Assembly (NCBI RefSeq): GCF_048593235.1
Contig: NC_133617.1
Span: 18,853,607-18,917,606, forward strand
Direction: 5' to 3'
Origin: Sminthopsis crassicaudata
Taxonomy: Eukaryota
Length of the DNA stretch: 64,000 nucleotides
How positions within the stretch are numbered: position 1 is the stretch's first letter; every line of letters starts with the position of its first letter. A program made the translations under genes and the position numbers. Positions 1 through 11,841 of this stretch are shown here, piece by piece. Under the pieces are notes generated by a model. The model did no database searches. It worked only from the letters and a program-made list of their open reading frames with translations, and was not told the origin of the DNA.

Positions 1-509
1 AGGATCTTTTTCAATAAAATGAGAAGAAAATGAATTTGTTGTTCACAAGTGTGAAATAGAAATGGATCTTTGTTAGCAGGATATCTGTAAACAACAAAGG
101 GCTGTGACAAAGTGGTTTGTCGAGTCAACGGGCATTTATTAAACACCTACTGAATGCTTCATGCTAAGCACTGGGTCAATCAACAAGTACTGATTGACCT
201 TCTAGAAGAGGGCCTCAGAGTGGACAGAATCCAGGGTGTTTAGCCTGGAGAAGGCTGAAGGGAGGATATGATCACTCTATTCACCAAGCCTCTGTGGAAG
301 AAGAAATTGGCTTCTTTTGCAAGGCTCTCTAGGGCAGGGCGTAGTAGCCAGGGATAGATGTTGCAGATTTATGACTGAAATGGAAACATTTCAAAAGCAC
401 GTTCTCCAGTATAAAATATATATTTGTAAATTTTTAAAATTTATAAACAAAAGGATAATAGGCTACCTTGGGATGTGGCAAGCTACTACTATGAGCTAGC
501 ATCTAGATA

Positions 510-710
510 GCACTTTTAGGGTTTGCAAAGCACCTTATGGATACTGTTTCATTAGATCCTCACAAAGCTGGGAAGTTGGTGCTGTCAATCCCATTATACA
601 GACAGGGATATTGAGGTAGAGGGGGAGTGGACTTGCCTAGAGTCACACAGCTAGTAACTATCTAAGGATGGATTTGAATCCAGGTTTTCCTCTGGGTCTA
701 GTGCTGGGGT
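510..710 (-). mobile_element. MIR/CORE-SINE, degenerate
   Basis: cccattatacagac...ttgcctagagtcacacagctagt...ggatttgaatccagg. Confidence 0.6.
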
Positions 711-1461
711 TTAGAGCTTAAGGTCACCTCATTGGTGGTCCTAAAGGTCTATTACTATTTTTCCTGCAGGAGGATAGGACTAAACTTAAGAGTCTCTTTG
801 AACTTTCCAAAATGTATTCTCCAAGATGACAGACATTCGACTTCCTGGAGGACGTCATTGGTTGACCAAGATGCTAATGATGGCATTTGTTCCCAGGGGA
901 TCTGTATCCCTGTGGATCCTCCAGTCATTGAGGTTGGACACTGCTTCCCACAGACTTTCTATTGAGCTGAAGGTGACCTCGGGCTTCATCTTGTCCATGA
1001 AGTCCATGCTCCTCGTTGGGCTCGGGATGCTGCATGGGACATTCCTGGCTGGCTTTATTTTCTCCCAAAGGTAGGGCACAGACATGGCATGGAAGGCAGG
1101 GAGTGCCCACACCTCCTGATGCTCAAGGAGAAGGAGCTCTTGGTGATGTTGAGTCAGAAGCAGATCCTTGAAGAGTTAGGGAGGCACCCCATGGGCAGGA
1201 GGCAAATGTGAAGCCACGGGAACCCCAAAGGCCCAGGTCTCCTAAAAGACGTGGCGGCAGCTTTACTAAAATGTCTGCCCCTGTGCCTGGTGCCATGAAC
1301 GAATGAATGAATGAACAAATGGATGGATCCCGCCCCAGTGTGTATAGAGGGGTGTACGGGACTAAAAAGGGGAGACAGGTAAGAAATCACACAGACAATC
1401 ATCTCTGATCCGGCACAGAATGAGGAGCCCAAGTCCAAAAGCATCTGAAAAACATGGTCAA

Positions 1462-1467
1462 TTTATT
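1462..1467 (-). terminator. Candidate distal poly(A) signal AATAAA
   Basis: tttatt on plus strand; U-rich tract (tgtttttcagatgcttttgg) downstream on minus. Confidence 0.45.
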
Positions 1468-2720
1468 GGAAGCCTCCCTCTCTAGTCTAGACGCCCCTCA
1501 GAGGGTGAGCATGACCTTCGGCCGGAGGCCCAGTGTGCGCACATACACATTCAAAAGCCTTCATTTCCCAAAGCAGCCCCCACTCCTCCTCACCCCTGTG
1601 CCCCCCACCCTCCAAGGGAGAAATACACAGCCATTATCGGGACCCTCCTTCCCCATTCCTTCATTAGAGCTTTCATAGGCTGACACCACACGTGACGCGC
1701 CTCGGTCCTCGGGCATCCCTTTTGGCCAGGACTTGGGAGAAATCAGATCTCGTGACTCTAGCAGGGGAAGTCCCTGATGTCCCCCAGCACGGTGCATGTG
1801 GGCAGCAAGGCAGTGCCGGGCTCCCTGGACCCCCTGTCACAACCTAAGCTCTGGCTACTGTAGGCCAGAGGCCCAGAGCTCAGGCTCCATCCGCCTCCTA
1901 TCAAATCAGAACAGCTGGGGGCCCACTGGGCCCTCAAACTGCCTGGGCTACAGGCTCTGTGCTGGCTGGGTGGTGGGTGGTGGGCACCTGCCCACCGTAA
2001 CAAGGCACTGATGGGGGAAGGAAGGCAACTTAGCAGCAGGTTCATTTGTGGGATGCCCAGTCAAAGTGGACACTGGGCAAGGGGTGTGCCTCCCCTCCTT
2101 GCACACTCTCCAGCCCTTCAGGCAAGCTAGCCCCTGGGGAAGGGCAGGCAGGATGGCCCAGAACCTCCGAGACAAAGCAAAAAAGTCTGTGCTTTCCTTA
2201 GAGAGGTGGGTGCCCAGCCCCGGAGGAAGCATCCGGCAGCCTCGCCCCCTCCCCACAAAGGGAATCTTGAAGATCCTGATGCACCCCGAGCCAGGATGAG
2301 ACTTCATTTCTCCTAAAAAATCATCCCTCTCTAAGAATAATTCCCATGAATGTCCCTAGTGATTTGGTATTTGCTGTCCTGAGAACAATTTTTTCCTCTT
2401 CATTTAGAAAAATGAAAAAAAAAAAAAAGTCTCCCGATCCCCTTGTGGGCAGCCAGGCGGGAAGCCGGGCCAGAGCCGCCGGCTTTCCCTGCAGCCCCCT
2501 CTGGATCTGGGTCCCCAAGTCTGTCCCCTTTCCTCGGTCATGACGGATCCTTAATGAGGAACCAGACTGGTAGTTTTACAAAAAAGTCTGCAGACGGTGT
2601 CCCCACGAGGCCCGGGGCCCATGGGCCAGGCAGCAAAGGCGCTTCGAGCCAAAGCAAACACACCAGTGCCCAGCGCAAGGCGGGCGGACATCTCTGCATG
2701 AAAACGCCACACGGATGCCC

Positions 2721-2726
2721 TTTATT
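2721..2726 (-). terminator. Candidate proximal poly(A) signal AATAAA
   Basis: tttatt on plus strand, about 170 nt past the stop; GU/U-rich sequence follows on minus. Confidence 0.45.
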
Positions 2727-2891
2727 TAGAGGTCTGAGGGGCTGCCTGCTCTTCCAGGCCCGCAGAGACGCCCGGGGGGGGGAGCCTGGCGGGGGCTCCG
2801 AGGAGCGGCCAGTGGCTGCCGCCGGACACTCCCAGGCCGCTGGCACGTCCTCTCCCGGGCCGGACTGTGTCTGGCCCCACGCATCCCCCGG

Positions 2892-3018
2892 TCAGGTGGA
2901 GGCCGGGCTCTCCATGGTGGCTAGGAGATGGGCAATCTGGGCCCTGTCCGCAGGGCTGATGTGCTGGGTCATGTGGATCACACAGTCCACGGCGACCTCG
3001 GGGTTCTCCTGAACCAGC
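2892..3018 (-). CDS. ACACB: ACACB terminal coding exon 39/39 ([10 protein letters not shown]...ESPAST*)
   Basis: tcttcag acceptor, TGA at 2892-2894. Confidence 0.95.
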
Positions 3019-3725
3019 CTGAAGAAGAGGAATGAGAGTGCTGGGATCAGGGGGCCGCCCGCCCCCCGAAGTGGGTGGTGACTGCAGAGCTGGCCAAGCT
3101 GAAAGGGGCTGGGGGGGGGCTGGCCGAGCTTCAGGGGAGTATGTGAGGGGCTGCCTGAGCCGGAAAGGGCCGGGCAGGGATCTGGCAGAGCTTGGGAGGG
3201 CGAGCAGGGGGTGGGCACCGTGGCAGAAAGGCTGTGGAAGGGGAGTCAGGGGGGAACTAGGGAGGCAGGTCTGGATTCCAAGGCTGTGAGGGTGGAACAG
3301 ATCCACACTGAGGGGGAGCTTCCCTCCCCTGGGGGCTGGGCGCCATCTTGGGGAGACCCTCATTCAGAGGGCTTGTGCACTGCACAAATGCCCTCAGTCT
3401 GGGCCTTCACATGCCGCAAACTCAGGGGAGGCCCAAAGGTGGACGTGTCCACAGGCAGGAGCTGTGGTTCAGGCCCTGGGGGGGGGGNNNNNNNNNNNNN
3501 NNNNNNNNNNNNNNNNNNNNNNNNNNNNNNNNNNNNNNNNNNNNNNNNNNNNNNNNNNNNNNNNNNNNNNNNNNNNNNNNNNNNNNNNNNNNNNNNNNNN
3601 NNNNNNNNNNNNNNNACAAGGGAGGAAGGGAGGAGGAAAAGACCAGGGGAGAGGGAGGAGGAAGAAGAGGGGGAGGGGAAGGAAGAGAAGAGGAGGAAGC
3701 TGACTGGAGAGGGCAGGCCGCTCAC

Positions 3726-3862
3726 CCTCGGATGGTCTTGAGGACCGAGTCCCGCTTCAGGCACTTGATGTTCTCCCGAATGGCGGAGTGCAGGCCGTCC
3801 TCCTGCTGCAGGTGCTTCTCCAGCCACTCCACCACCACCTGGTTGTTGTCCCAGAGGTATCC
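3726..3862 (-). CDS. ACACB: ACACB exon 38/39 ([10 protein letters not shown]...KTIRG)
   Basis: ctccgcag acceptor, GG|gtgagc donor, 137 nt. Confidence 0.93.
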
Positions 3863-4438
3863 CTGCGGAGACAGGACAAGGCTCAGCGGGAGGCGGAGGG
3901 AGGTGGGTGGGCGGGGCCTCTGGACGGCGCGGCCCGAGCTGACTCAGAGCCCAGAGGCCTCTGGGGACTTTTCTGAAACTTTAGCCTCGGCTCCGGGAGT
4001 GACGTTGGGGGGAGGGGGGGCTGCTCTGGAGACCGTGGAGAGGCCTGGCCAGTATTAAAGAGATCAAATACTTCCTGGGGGCAAGCACCGTGTGCCCCCC
4101 CCCTCCACCATGGAGGGGATGCAAAATTTTCACGAGCCCCAGGGGTGCAAGGAGGCCCCGCCCAGAGCGGAGGCGGGAGGTCCTCCAGTCCCTCCTCGCA
4201 CCCATCTGCCCCGCCCCCTTCAAAGAGTGAATCCTCCCAAGGGACTCTAAACAGGGAGGAGAGAATCAGTGGGGGAGGGGGGCTGCCCATATGTCCTCCC
4301 AGAGCCACCAGGGGTAGACCCTTTGAGCCGGAGCCCGCCCCCAAAGAGCCCCGCCCCCCACGCTCTGCCGGAAGCAGCCCGGAGCCCCTTCTCGAGGCCG
4401 GGAGCTTTAGCCAGTTCTAGACCCAAGGCGGAAAGAAC

Positions 4439-4609
4439 CTTCACGGCCCCCTCGGTCTCCATGAACCAGCGGCGCAGCATGGACTGGATGTGCACGTGGC
4501 TGAGCTCGCCGTTGGCCTGCAGGATCTTGTTCTTGACGATGTCCTCGAGGAGGAGGCGGCGGAGGCGCCAGTACAGGAATGTGCGCGACGTTTTCCACTC
4601 GAGAATATC
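4439..4609 (-). CDS. ACACB: ACACB exon 37/39 ([10 protein letters not shown]...EGAVK)
   Basis: tttgcag acceptor, weak AAG|gttctt donor, 171 nt. Confidence 0.92.
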
Positions 4610-5011
4610 CTGCAAAGGGAGCCGGGCCCTGAGTGCAGCGGGTCCTGGGAGAGAAGGTGGGGGAGCGCGGGGGGAGGGGAGGCCGGGGGCGGGAGGGGAG
4701 GCCAGGGGCGGGAGGGGAGGGGAGGCTGGGCCCCAGTGCTGACATTCTGGGTGCTGAAGGCCAGTTTTATACCCAGTGAAAAATGGCCTCTGGGAGTTTC
4801 CACATTAAAGTGTAATTCAACAACGAAAGAAAGATCTCATAGGAAAATGCTGCCTCAAGGGGGCTGAGGGGTTCTCGGGGGCCTCTCCAGGGACCTCCTC
4901 GCTTTGTCTGCACCCCCCGGCCCTACCCCCATCACCGCTTCCCTGACCATCAGGTGGAACACCACACCCCTCCTGCCCAAGGAGCAAAGGACGCTGGGAA
5001 ACTCCCTTAAC

Positions 5012-5166
5012 TGAAATGACGCCTTTCTCCTGCATCCTCCCTGGCGTGTCATGGAGGTCAGCAAACTGCACTGCCACCTGATGGTAGACAGGTAACAGGT
5101 GCTCTTCCCGTGCTCGCAGCTTGCTCTCCAGGTCCTTCCGGTCCTTTTCTGGCAGATCTTCGGCCC
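5012..5166 (-). CDS. ACACB: ACACB exon 36/39 ([10 protein letters not shown]...KGVIS)
   Basis: gccacag acceptor, TCA|gttaag donor, 155 nt. Confidence 0.92.
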
Positions 5167-5438
5167 CTGTGGCTCCAAGGAGACAACAAGGTTCCAGTCA
5201 GCTCCACTACCCAGGGAGGGAAGGGCGGGAAGGAAGGAGGGAAAGGAAGAGGTAGAAAGGAAAAGAAAGGAAGGAAGGAGAGAAAGAGAGGGAAAGNNNN
5301 NNNNNNNNNNNNNNNNNNNNNNNNNNNNNNNNNNNNNNNNNNNNNNNNNNNNNNNNNNNNNNNNNNNNNNNNNNNNNNNNNNNNNNNNNNNNNNNNNNNN
5401 NNNNNNNNNNNNNNNNNNNNNNNNNNNNNNNGACTCAC

Positions 5439-5551
5439 CCAGCTGTTCCACCAATTTCATGTAAATGCTGTCAATCCTCCTCATGGTTTTTATCAAGTCT
5501 TTTTTCCGGAACTTGATCTCCACGGTTCCTTCAGGTTCCAAAACCCCGCCT
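5439..5551 (-). CDS. ACACB: ACACB exon 35/39 ([10 protein letters not shown]...LVEQL G)
   Basis: tcttcag acceptor, G|gtgagt donor, 113 nt; catalytic GGVLEPEG motif. Confidence 0.95.
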
Positions 5552-6049
5552 CTGAAGAAACAAGAGCCACTTGGGTAGATATCCTAACTATTACCCGGTA
5601 CCTCGTTGGGGGAGTCTGGAAAGTGGGGGTCTTTGGGAAGAATTCCATCCTGGGAGGCAGGAGATCTGGGGCCTGACCCTAGAAAAAGTGACGGCATTGT
5701 CCATCAGGACCTGCTCCCTTCTCAGTTTTTGGCAGTCAAACTCCCAGCCTATCGGTGCAGAGACTGCTCTGCCCAGAGGTATCTAAAATCCCTTCATTTT
5801 TAGACCAGAAGGCTCTCTCCATTCCCACCTTTCTCACTCTCTTTGCTGCACAGGACACTGTGACCACCCTCTCCTCCTAGATCAGGAGTGGTTCTTCGAG
5901 GGCTATTTGTATGTCTATATCATTATTCATGGGTTATACAAAATTATCAACTTGTGAAATTCAAGCAGTGGATGATTGTTCCCCACCCCTGTCCCAGATC
6001 CTCTTCAAACAATATGCATTTATTAAGCCACTAACAGCTCTGTACTGCA

Positions 6050-6530
6050 CACTGAACACTCAAAAGTACAAAGACAAACATGCAAAAGAACCTGTTATAT
6101 ACAAAAATATTTATAGCAGCTCTCTTGTCAGGACAAAGAATTGGAAACTGGGGGGATGCCTGTGAAATCGGGGATTGGCTGAATAAAGTGTGGTATGCGG
6201 TTGTCATGGAACATTATTGTTTTGTGGGAAATGATGAGCAGGATGCTCCAGAAACCGTCTGGAAAGCCCTGCATGAACAAAGTGAAATACATGTATACAA
6301 AGTAACAGCAATGTTCTGGGATGACCAGTTATGAGAAACTTTGTTATTCTCAGCAGTTCAATGGGTCACGACTACTCTGAAGGAGTAGAAGAATCCTATC
6401 CATACCTAGTGAAAAAACTGATGATGTCTGAATACAGATTGAAGCATATTTTTTAACTTTTTCTCCTCTTGAGTTTTTTTTTTTTGGGGGGAAATCTTTT
6501 CTTTTCAATATGACTTGTAAGGATTGGGAA
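6050..6530 (+). mobile_element. Old L1 ORF2-end/3' UTR fragment
   Basis: atatttatagcagctctc...gaattggaaactg...tggctgaataaagtgtggtat motifs. Confidence 0.65.
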
Positions 6531-6599
6531 ACTTTTCATTCCTTTACTATTTGGGTCTTGACCCGTCTCATAGCCGGCTTAAGTCTTCTTATCTATATC

Positions 6600-7470
6600 A
6601 TGCTTCCTAAATGGGAGAGTCCCTAAGATTCTGTCTTGGGACCCCTTCTCCTTCTCTCCTCCACACTGGGAGACCTCACTAGCTCCCACAGGTTCCACTG
6701 TCACCTCCATATAATCTTAAGTTTTTCCTCTCCCATCTCCAGTTCCCTATTGGATATTTCCAATTTGATGTCTATGGACTCAACACGTCCAAAACAGGAC
6801 TTAGATTTTCTCCTTAGTCCACCGCTCTTCCTGATCATCTCCTAGGTTGATCATCTCAGCGTTCTCCCCTGCTCCCTCTTTTCCCTCACCTGTCATGTCC
6901 AATCGCTGTCCAAATCTGATATCTCACCACTTAATGGCTGCCATCTTTGTTCAGACTCTCTTCACTGAATTCTTGCTTCCCTGCCTCAAGTCTCCATTCC
7001 AACCCAAACTCCCCACAATTACCAAAGCCATGCTTCTCAAGTCCAAGGCTAGACAGACACTCAATGAACTTCTGTGGCTCTTTATTTCCTCTAGGATAAA
7101 ATAGGCTGTTGAAGGCCTTTAGACTCTTGATCCAAACCATCTTCTCCAGATTTTTTTTGTATTACTACTCCCTGGACTGCATTTTATGGTCTAGCCCATT
7201 TTTCTATCTGGGATATCCTGTTTCCACATCTGGAAATCCAGATTTAAGTCTCAGAATGTGCTGATCTCTCCAACATCCGATGTCTTTCCTTCCCATGCTG
7301 CCTTGTATTTATTTTGCATTTTTCTGTTTATATTTCTATACGTGCATTTATCTCATTCTTCCTCCACTCTAACATAAGCTCCCTGAGAGTAGGAACTGTT
7401 TTATTTTTGTCCTTGCCCTCCAGCACCCAGCACAGTGCCTGGCACACTGGATAGTCAATAAAGGCTTAGT
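6600..7470 (+). mobile_element. L2 fragments (ORF2 end and 3' tail)
   Basis: ctcacta-ctccca...tggatatttcc...tccaaaac and taagctccctgag...gcacagtgcctggcac...aataaa motifs. Confidence 0.55.
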
Positions 7471-8379
7471 GATACAAGGGCCTGGCTCTGTCATTCTCGA
7501 GCTGCATGATCAGGACCTCACACCCAATAAGAATGTTAGGTTAGATAGTCTTCCCTTGAATGAACGAATGAACGAATGAAAAAGCACCAACTGCATGCTT
7601 CCCAAGGCAAAGACAGACCTGGCCCTTTGGGAGTCCATATTCTAATAGGAGGCAACATGAAAGGCCAAATCTGTTCCTCCAAATTATCTTAAATTTACTG
7701 GGGCACTTAGTTTGTTTGTTTACATAGGTCCTTCAATAGAATATCGAGGAGGGAGAACATTGTCTTTATGTCCCCATTGCCTAGATAAATGCCTTGCAAA
7801 CAGTAGGTGCTTAATAATGCTTATTAATTCTCTGATGGAAAAAAATGACAACAGAAGCCAGAGGTAGCATGAGCATGGGAGTAGCCCCCACCGCTATTTT
7901 ATGCATCTGTCCCTATTGCCAAGAAGAGCTGGAATTATAAAATGTCAGAGCTGGAAAAGAGACCTTAGAACAGGTAAGGATGGAAGGATTCTGTGTCAGA
8001 TGAAGAAACTGAACTGGGACCCTCAAATACATTAAGTAAGCACCTATAATGGACTATAGAAGATGCTGGGAAAACTAGCAAATTTCAGTTAGACACAGTC
8101 CTTGTCTTCAGGAAGTTGAATGTCAAATAGAAAACTGAGTCTGTCACAGTCAGAGCCAGGATGAGGATCCTGATTCTGAGGCGAGGGTTCCTGACACAAT
8201 CCCCTATTGTTGGTGATGGAACCAGCCAGCCCAGTGTTCATTAATGCCGATTACTCCTTAGGACAATGGTTTAAGCTGGTAGTGTTTGGGTCTTTCTGCC
8301 CTTGGTTGGTGCTACAAAAAGGCTGGGACCTGAGAGGAGCCCAGAGGAAAGGCTCCAGAGCCCCTAGGAACATGCTCAC

Positions 8380-8557
8380 CTGCTCTCCTTGTCCGCGTAC
8401 ATCTCCATGCACAGAGGGTTGATGGTTGGGTCAATGACCACCCAGGAGCCTCCTCGGAGCTCAGCGTATGGAGGGATGTAGATGAGGATGGGCTGCTTGT
8501 ACTGTCTGAGACCATCTACTATATAAGCTCCAAACTTCAACACCTGGTCATACATGT
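8380..8557 (-). CDS. ACACB: ACACB exon 34/39 ([10 protein letters not shown]...ADKES R)
   Basis: tctccag acceptor, AG|gtgagc donor, 178 nt. Confidence 0.95.
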
Positions 8558-9605
8558 CTGGAGATTGAAGGGCCCCCCACCCCCAGCCCGGCCAGCTTGG
8601 TTATCCAGAGCCTGGAGAGACGCCTCCGACAGGAAGAGCTCTCCATCTGCCCCGCCCCTACCTCACCCTCCTCATCCTCCTTTTCCTGTAGCACAATAAT
8701 AGGACCCCAAGATTTAGAGGGACAGGTTATTTAGGAATCATTTCAAGTCCCAGCTCTGGAGCTAGGCTTCTAGGACCTAAATTCCAGCTCAATGAATTCT
8801 GGGTGAGTCACTCTACTTGAATGTTTCCTTAACTGTTAAATAAATCTTGCTAACTTTCATGTCAGTGAAGCATTTATAAACAACACAGTCTTGTGATACA
8901 CAGATGCACAGCCAGGGCTTCTTCCATGAGGACTCCCAGCTGCCTTGGAAGACCTCACAGGACCTTCTCTGGCTCTCTCATTCTTTGCCAAATTAAGCAA
9001 AGCCTCAGTTAGTCACCAAAGACAAGGAGGCCCAAGAATTCTAAGAACACAAGAACCCCAAGCCTTCTCTCTAGATGAAGGCCATCCCAGCCTCACCTGC
9101 CTCAGGGAGGACCAGATGAGAGAAGAGACACAGGAATACTTCAGGGAATTATTCCTGGGTCAATGACAATAGATTGTCATTATCCCTTCTTAAAATTCCC
9201 AGAACAAGGAGAATATTTGAGTTAAATTAGTACATAAAGTGCCTGAAGGAAGGGATGACTTCAATTTTTGTTCTTGTATCACCAAAGACTGAGATACAGT
9301 AGGTGTCTAATACTTGTTGATTGATAGAGTAGGACCCAAACTTTTCTTCCCATTTACCTAATGCTTTGTATAAAGTACACATATTCCCTCATTTGATTCT
9401 CACAAAAATCTTCGAAGGTAGATCAAATAGATATTCCCATTTTAAAGATGGAAAAACTGAGGCTTAAAAAAGTGCAGTGAGTGACCAACCCAAAGTCCCA
9501 TAGCTAAGAGGGGTTGAACCTGGCTTCGGGCCCCACTTTCAATGATCACACCCCGATGCCATTCACATGTTTGCCTGGACTTGCTCCTTTTACTTCCCTC
9601 CTTAC

Positions 9606-9741
9606 CCTTCATGCCCCCAGAAAATCCTCTCCAGTTGGCAAAGATCATCAGAGGCAATTTCTCCCGGTTGAAATCCTTGATGGCTTGGGCAGTTTTAAAG
9701 GCAGAGTCTGGAAACCACACCTGTCCTGCCTGTTGGATTAT
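9606..9741 (-). CDS. ACACB: ACACB exon 33/39 ([10 protein letters not shown]...SGGMK D)
   Basis: ttgacag acceptor, G|gtaagg donor, 136 nt. Confidence 0.95.
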
Positions 9742-10687
9742 CTGTCAAAGATGGAAAGAGGATTTAGACCACTTCTGGAAAAGGAAACTTCGCTGGGTGG
9801 AGGTTACCTAGGCCAGTTACCATAGCAGGCTGATGTAAGAATCTCCCCCATAAATAAAAAGCATTTCTGTGTGTGATGACGAAGGCTCAAGGCCAAAGCT
9901 GAACACCAGTCTTTCCTTCAGCCTCCCAGTTGGCATCTTTTTGCCTGAAATCTCTCCTCTCTCTAAGCTGTTGTCCATAGAACTGCCCAAGTGGTCTTCA
10001 TTCAGCACAGATGGGATTCCATCAGCCCTACTCAAGCCTTAGTGGCTCCCATTACCCCAAGGATCAGCTATAGACGTCCCCTCGTGACTTTCAAAGCCTT
10101 TCCCAATTGGTCTCCATGCACATAGTGGCCAAGCCAAACTGTCCTTCCTGCTGGCCTTTGCACAGCCATGACTGGAATGCCCTCTCCTTGGCTCCACCTC
10201 TTGGAACCTCAGCTTTCCTTCCACTCTCAGCTCAAATAGCTTTTCCCCCTCCTTAATCACCTTGTATTTATTTTGTATATTCACATAAATGGATATGCCT
10301 CTTCTGATGGAAGATAATCTCTCTGAAGGCAAGAACTGGTTAGTTTTTATCCAGTGCTTGACATATAGTAGGTGCTTAATAAATGCTTGTTGCCCTGACT
10401 GCTTGTACTTGTACAGGTCTTTATTTTTCAGAGCCTTTTTCACATGTTACTTCCTCTAATCCTTTTGCAGCTTTGGGAAATTGGGATTGTCAGGAATTAT
10501 TTGTCCTAAATCACTAGGCTGGTAAGTGGCAAGGCTTAACCAGGGACAGGAAACCCAAGGGTACTGACTGTTGCTCTGGTGTTCTGCTCCCCCCGGAAAT
10601 AGTAAGGGGAAAGTTTTGATGGGGAGTCATTTACTTATTAGTTCCTAGCAGCATTGTGAGAACGGAGTAATGCCATTAAGCATCTCT

Positions 10688-11075
10688 AACATCATCATCA
10701 CCACCATAACCCACCCACATGGTCACCACCATCATCAATATCACCATCACCATCATGGTCATCAATATCACTAGCAGCAGCAGCACCACAGCCACCATCA
10801 TCATCATCATCATCACCATCCCCAACACCATCATTATCACCAGTACCTTTACCATCACCATCATTGTTATCATCACTATCATCATCATCAACATCAACAT
10901 CACCCTGATCAATATCACCCTGATGAATATCACTGTCATCAACATCAACATCAACCTGATCAATATCACCATCACTGTCATCAGTATCATCATTATCATC
11001 AATATCATCACCATCACCAACATCATCGTCATCAATATCATCACCATCACTACAATTTCCATCATCATCATATCC
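10688..11075. repeat. Degenerate (CAT/CAC/CAA)n trinucleotide repeat
   Basis: catcatcatcaccaccat... Confidence 0.9.
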
Positions 11076-11534
11076 ATCCCTAAAACATCACCCCCAGCAG
11101 CAGCAGCCTCAGAAAAACAAGGTTCTATTTCTTTCCCTCAGGATGACCCAGGAGCTTTGTACCACCGCCCCATAATGTGAATGGAGAGCAGAAGCCATCT
11201 CGGTTTTTGTCCCTGTGCCCACAACACAGAACGTGGCACAGAGTAAGCACCCAACTGGCTTCTTGCTGATTGACACGCCTGTACAATGTAAAAAGGCAAG
11301 AGCTGTTCACGGGAAGGTCTCATGTTCTCTGGGGATCTGACAGAATCATCTGGACTTTGAGAGATCCAGATTTGGGAAGGAAAGACCAATCTGGGGAAGG
11401 TGAAGTCCTTGGGGGGGTGGGGATTTTTGGAGTAAAAGTGTCAGACACTGGAACTGCTACTATTGGACCATTCCTCCCCCTGAGTCCTGCTCAGCTGACC
11501 CCTTCAGATCTTTCCCCCTTCTTCCCATGCTCAC

Positions 11535-11631
11535 CTTGGCTTCAGAATCCAGGTTAGCGGGATCAGCGGGGACCACCATCTCCACGGTCCGCGTCTCCAC
11601 GGCTATCACCCCGACAGGAATTCCCCCCAAC
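11535..11631 (-). CDS. ACACB: ACACB exon 32/39 ([10 protein letters not shown]...DSEAK)
   Basis: cttccag acceptor, AAG|gtgagc donor, 97 nt. Confidence 0.95.
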
Positions 11632-11700
11632 CTGGAAGACATATGGCTACATGAGCCCACTGGGGGAAGGGGTCCTTCTGACTGCCACAATTAGGGATTC

Positions 11701-11841
11701 TTTATTTTTGAGGCAATTGGGTTTAAGTGACTTGCCCAGGGTCACACAGCTAGGACATGTAAATGCCTGAGGCCAGATTTGAACTCAGGTCCTCCTGACT
11801 TCAGGGTTGGTACTCTATCCACTGCGCCCCCTAGCTGCCCC
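11701..11841 (-). mobile_element. Marsupial CORE-SINE (WSINE1-like)
   Basis: Minus strand ggggcagctagggggcgcagtggatagagt...gagttcaaatctggcctcag...gtgaccctgggcaagtcacttaaacccaattgcctc. Confidence 0.85.

Larger units (their letters stand above)
2440..5200. promoter_or_regulatory. GC/CpG-rich (CpG-island-like) domain over the last four exons and 3' UTR
   Basis: Dense CG dinucleotides and G/C runs by eye; obs/exp ratio not computed. Confidence 0.5.

Noticed and set aside
1-2400. FOXN4 or another neighbouring gene
   Set aside because: No recognisable forkhead or other known coding exon; mostly MIR/L2 fragments and probable 3' UTR
2443-4803. Long GC-rich plus-strand ORFs (150-236 aa)
   Set aside because: Antisense shadows of GC-rich exons and introns with low stop frequency; no recognisable protein
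10676-11180. Met/Val-rich and Ile/Thr-rich ORFs
   Set aside because: Translations of a degenerate (CAT)n repeat
11800-11841. tRNA gene
   Set aside because: tRNA-derived head of a CORE-SINE; no cloverleaf
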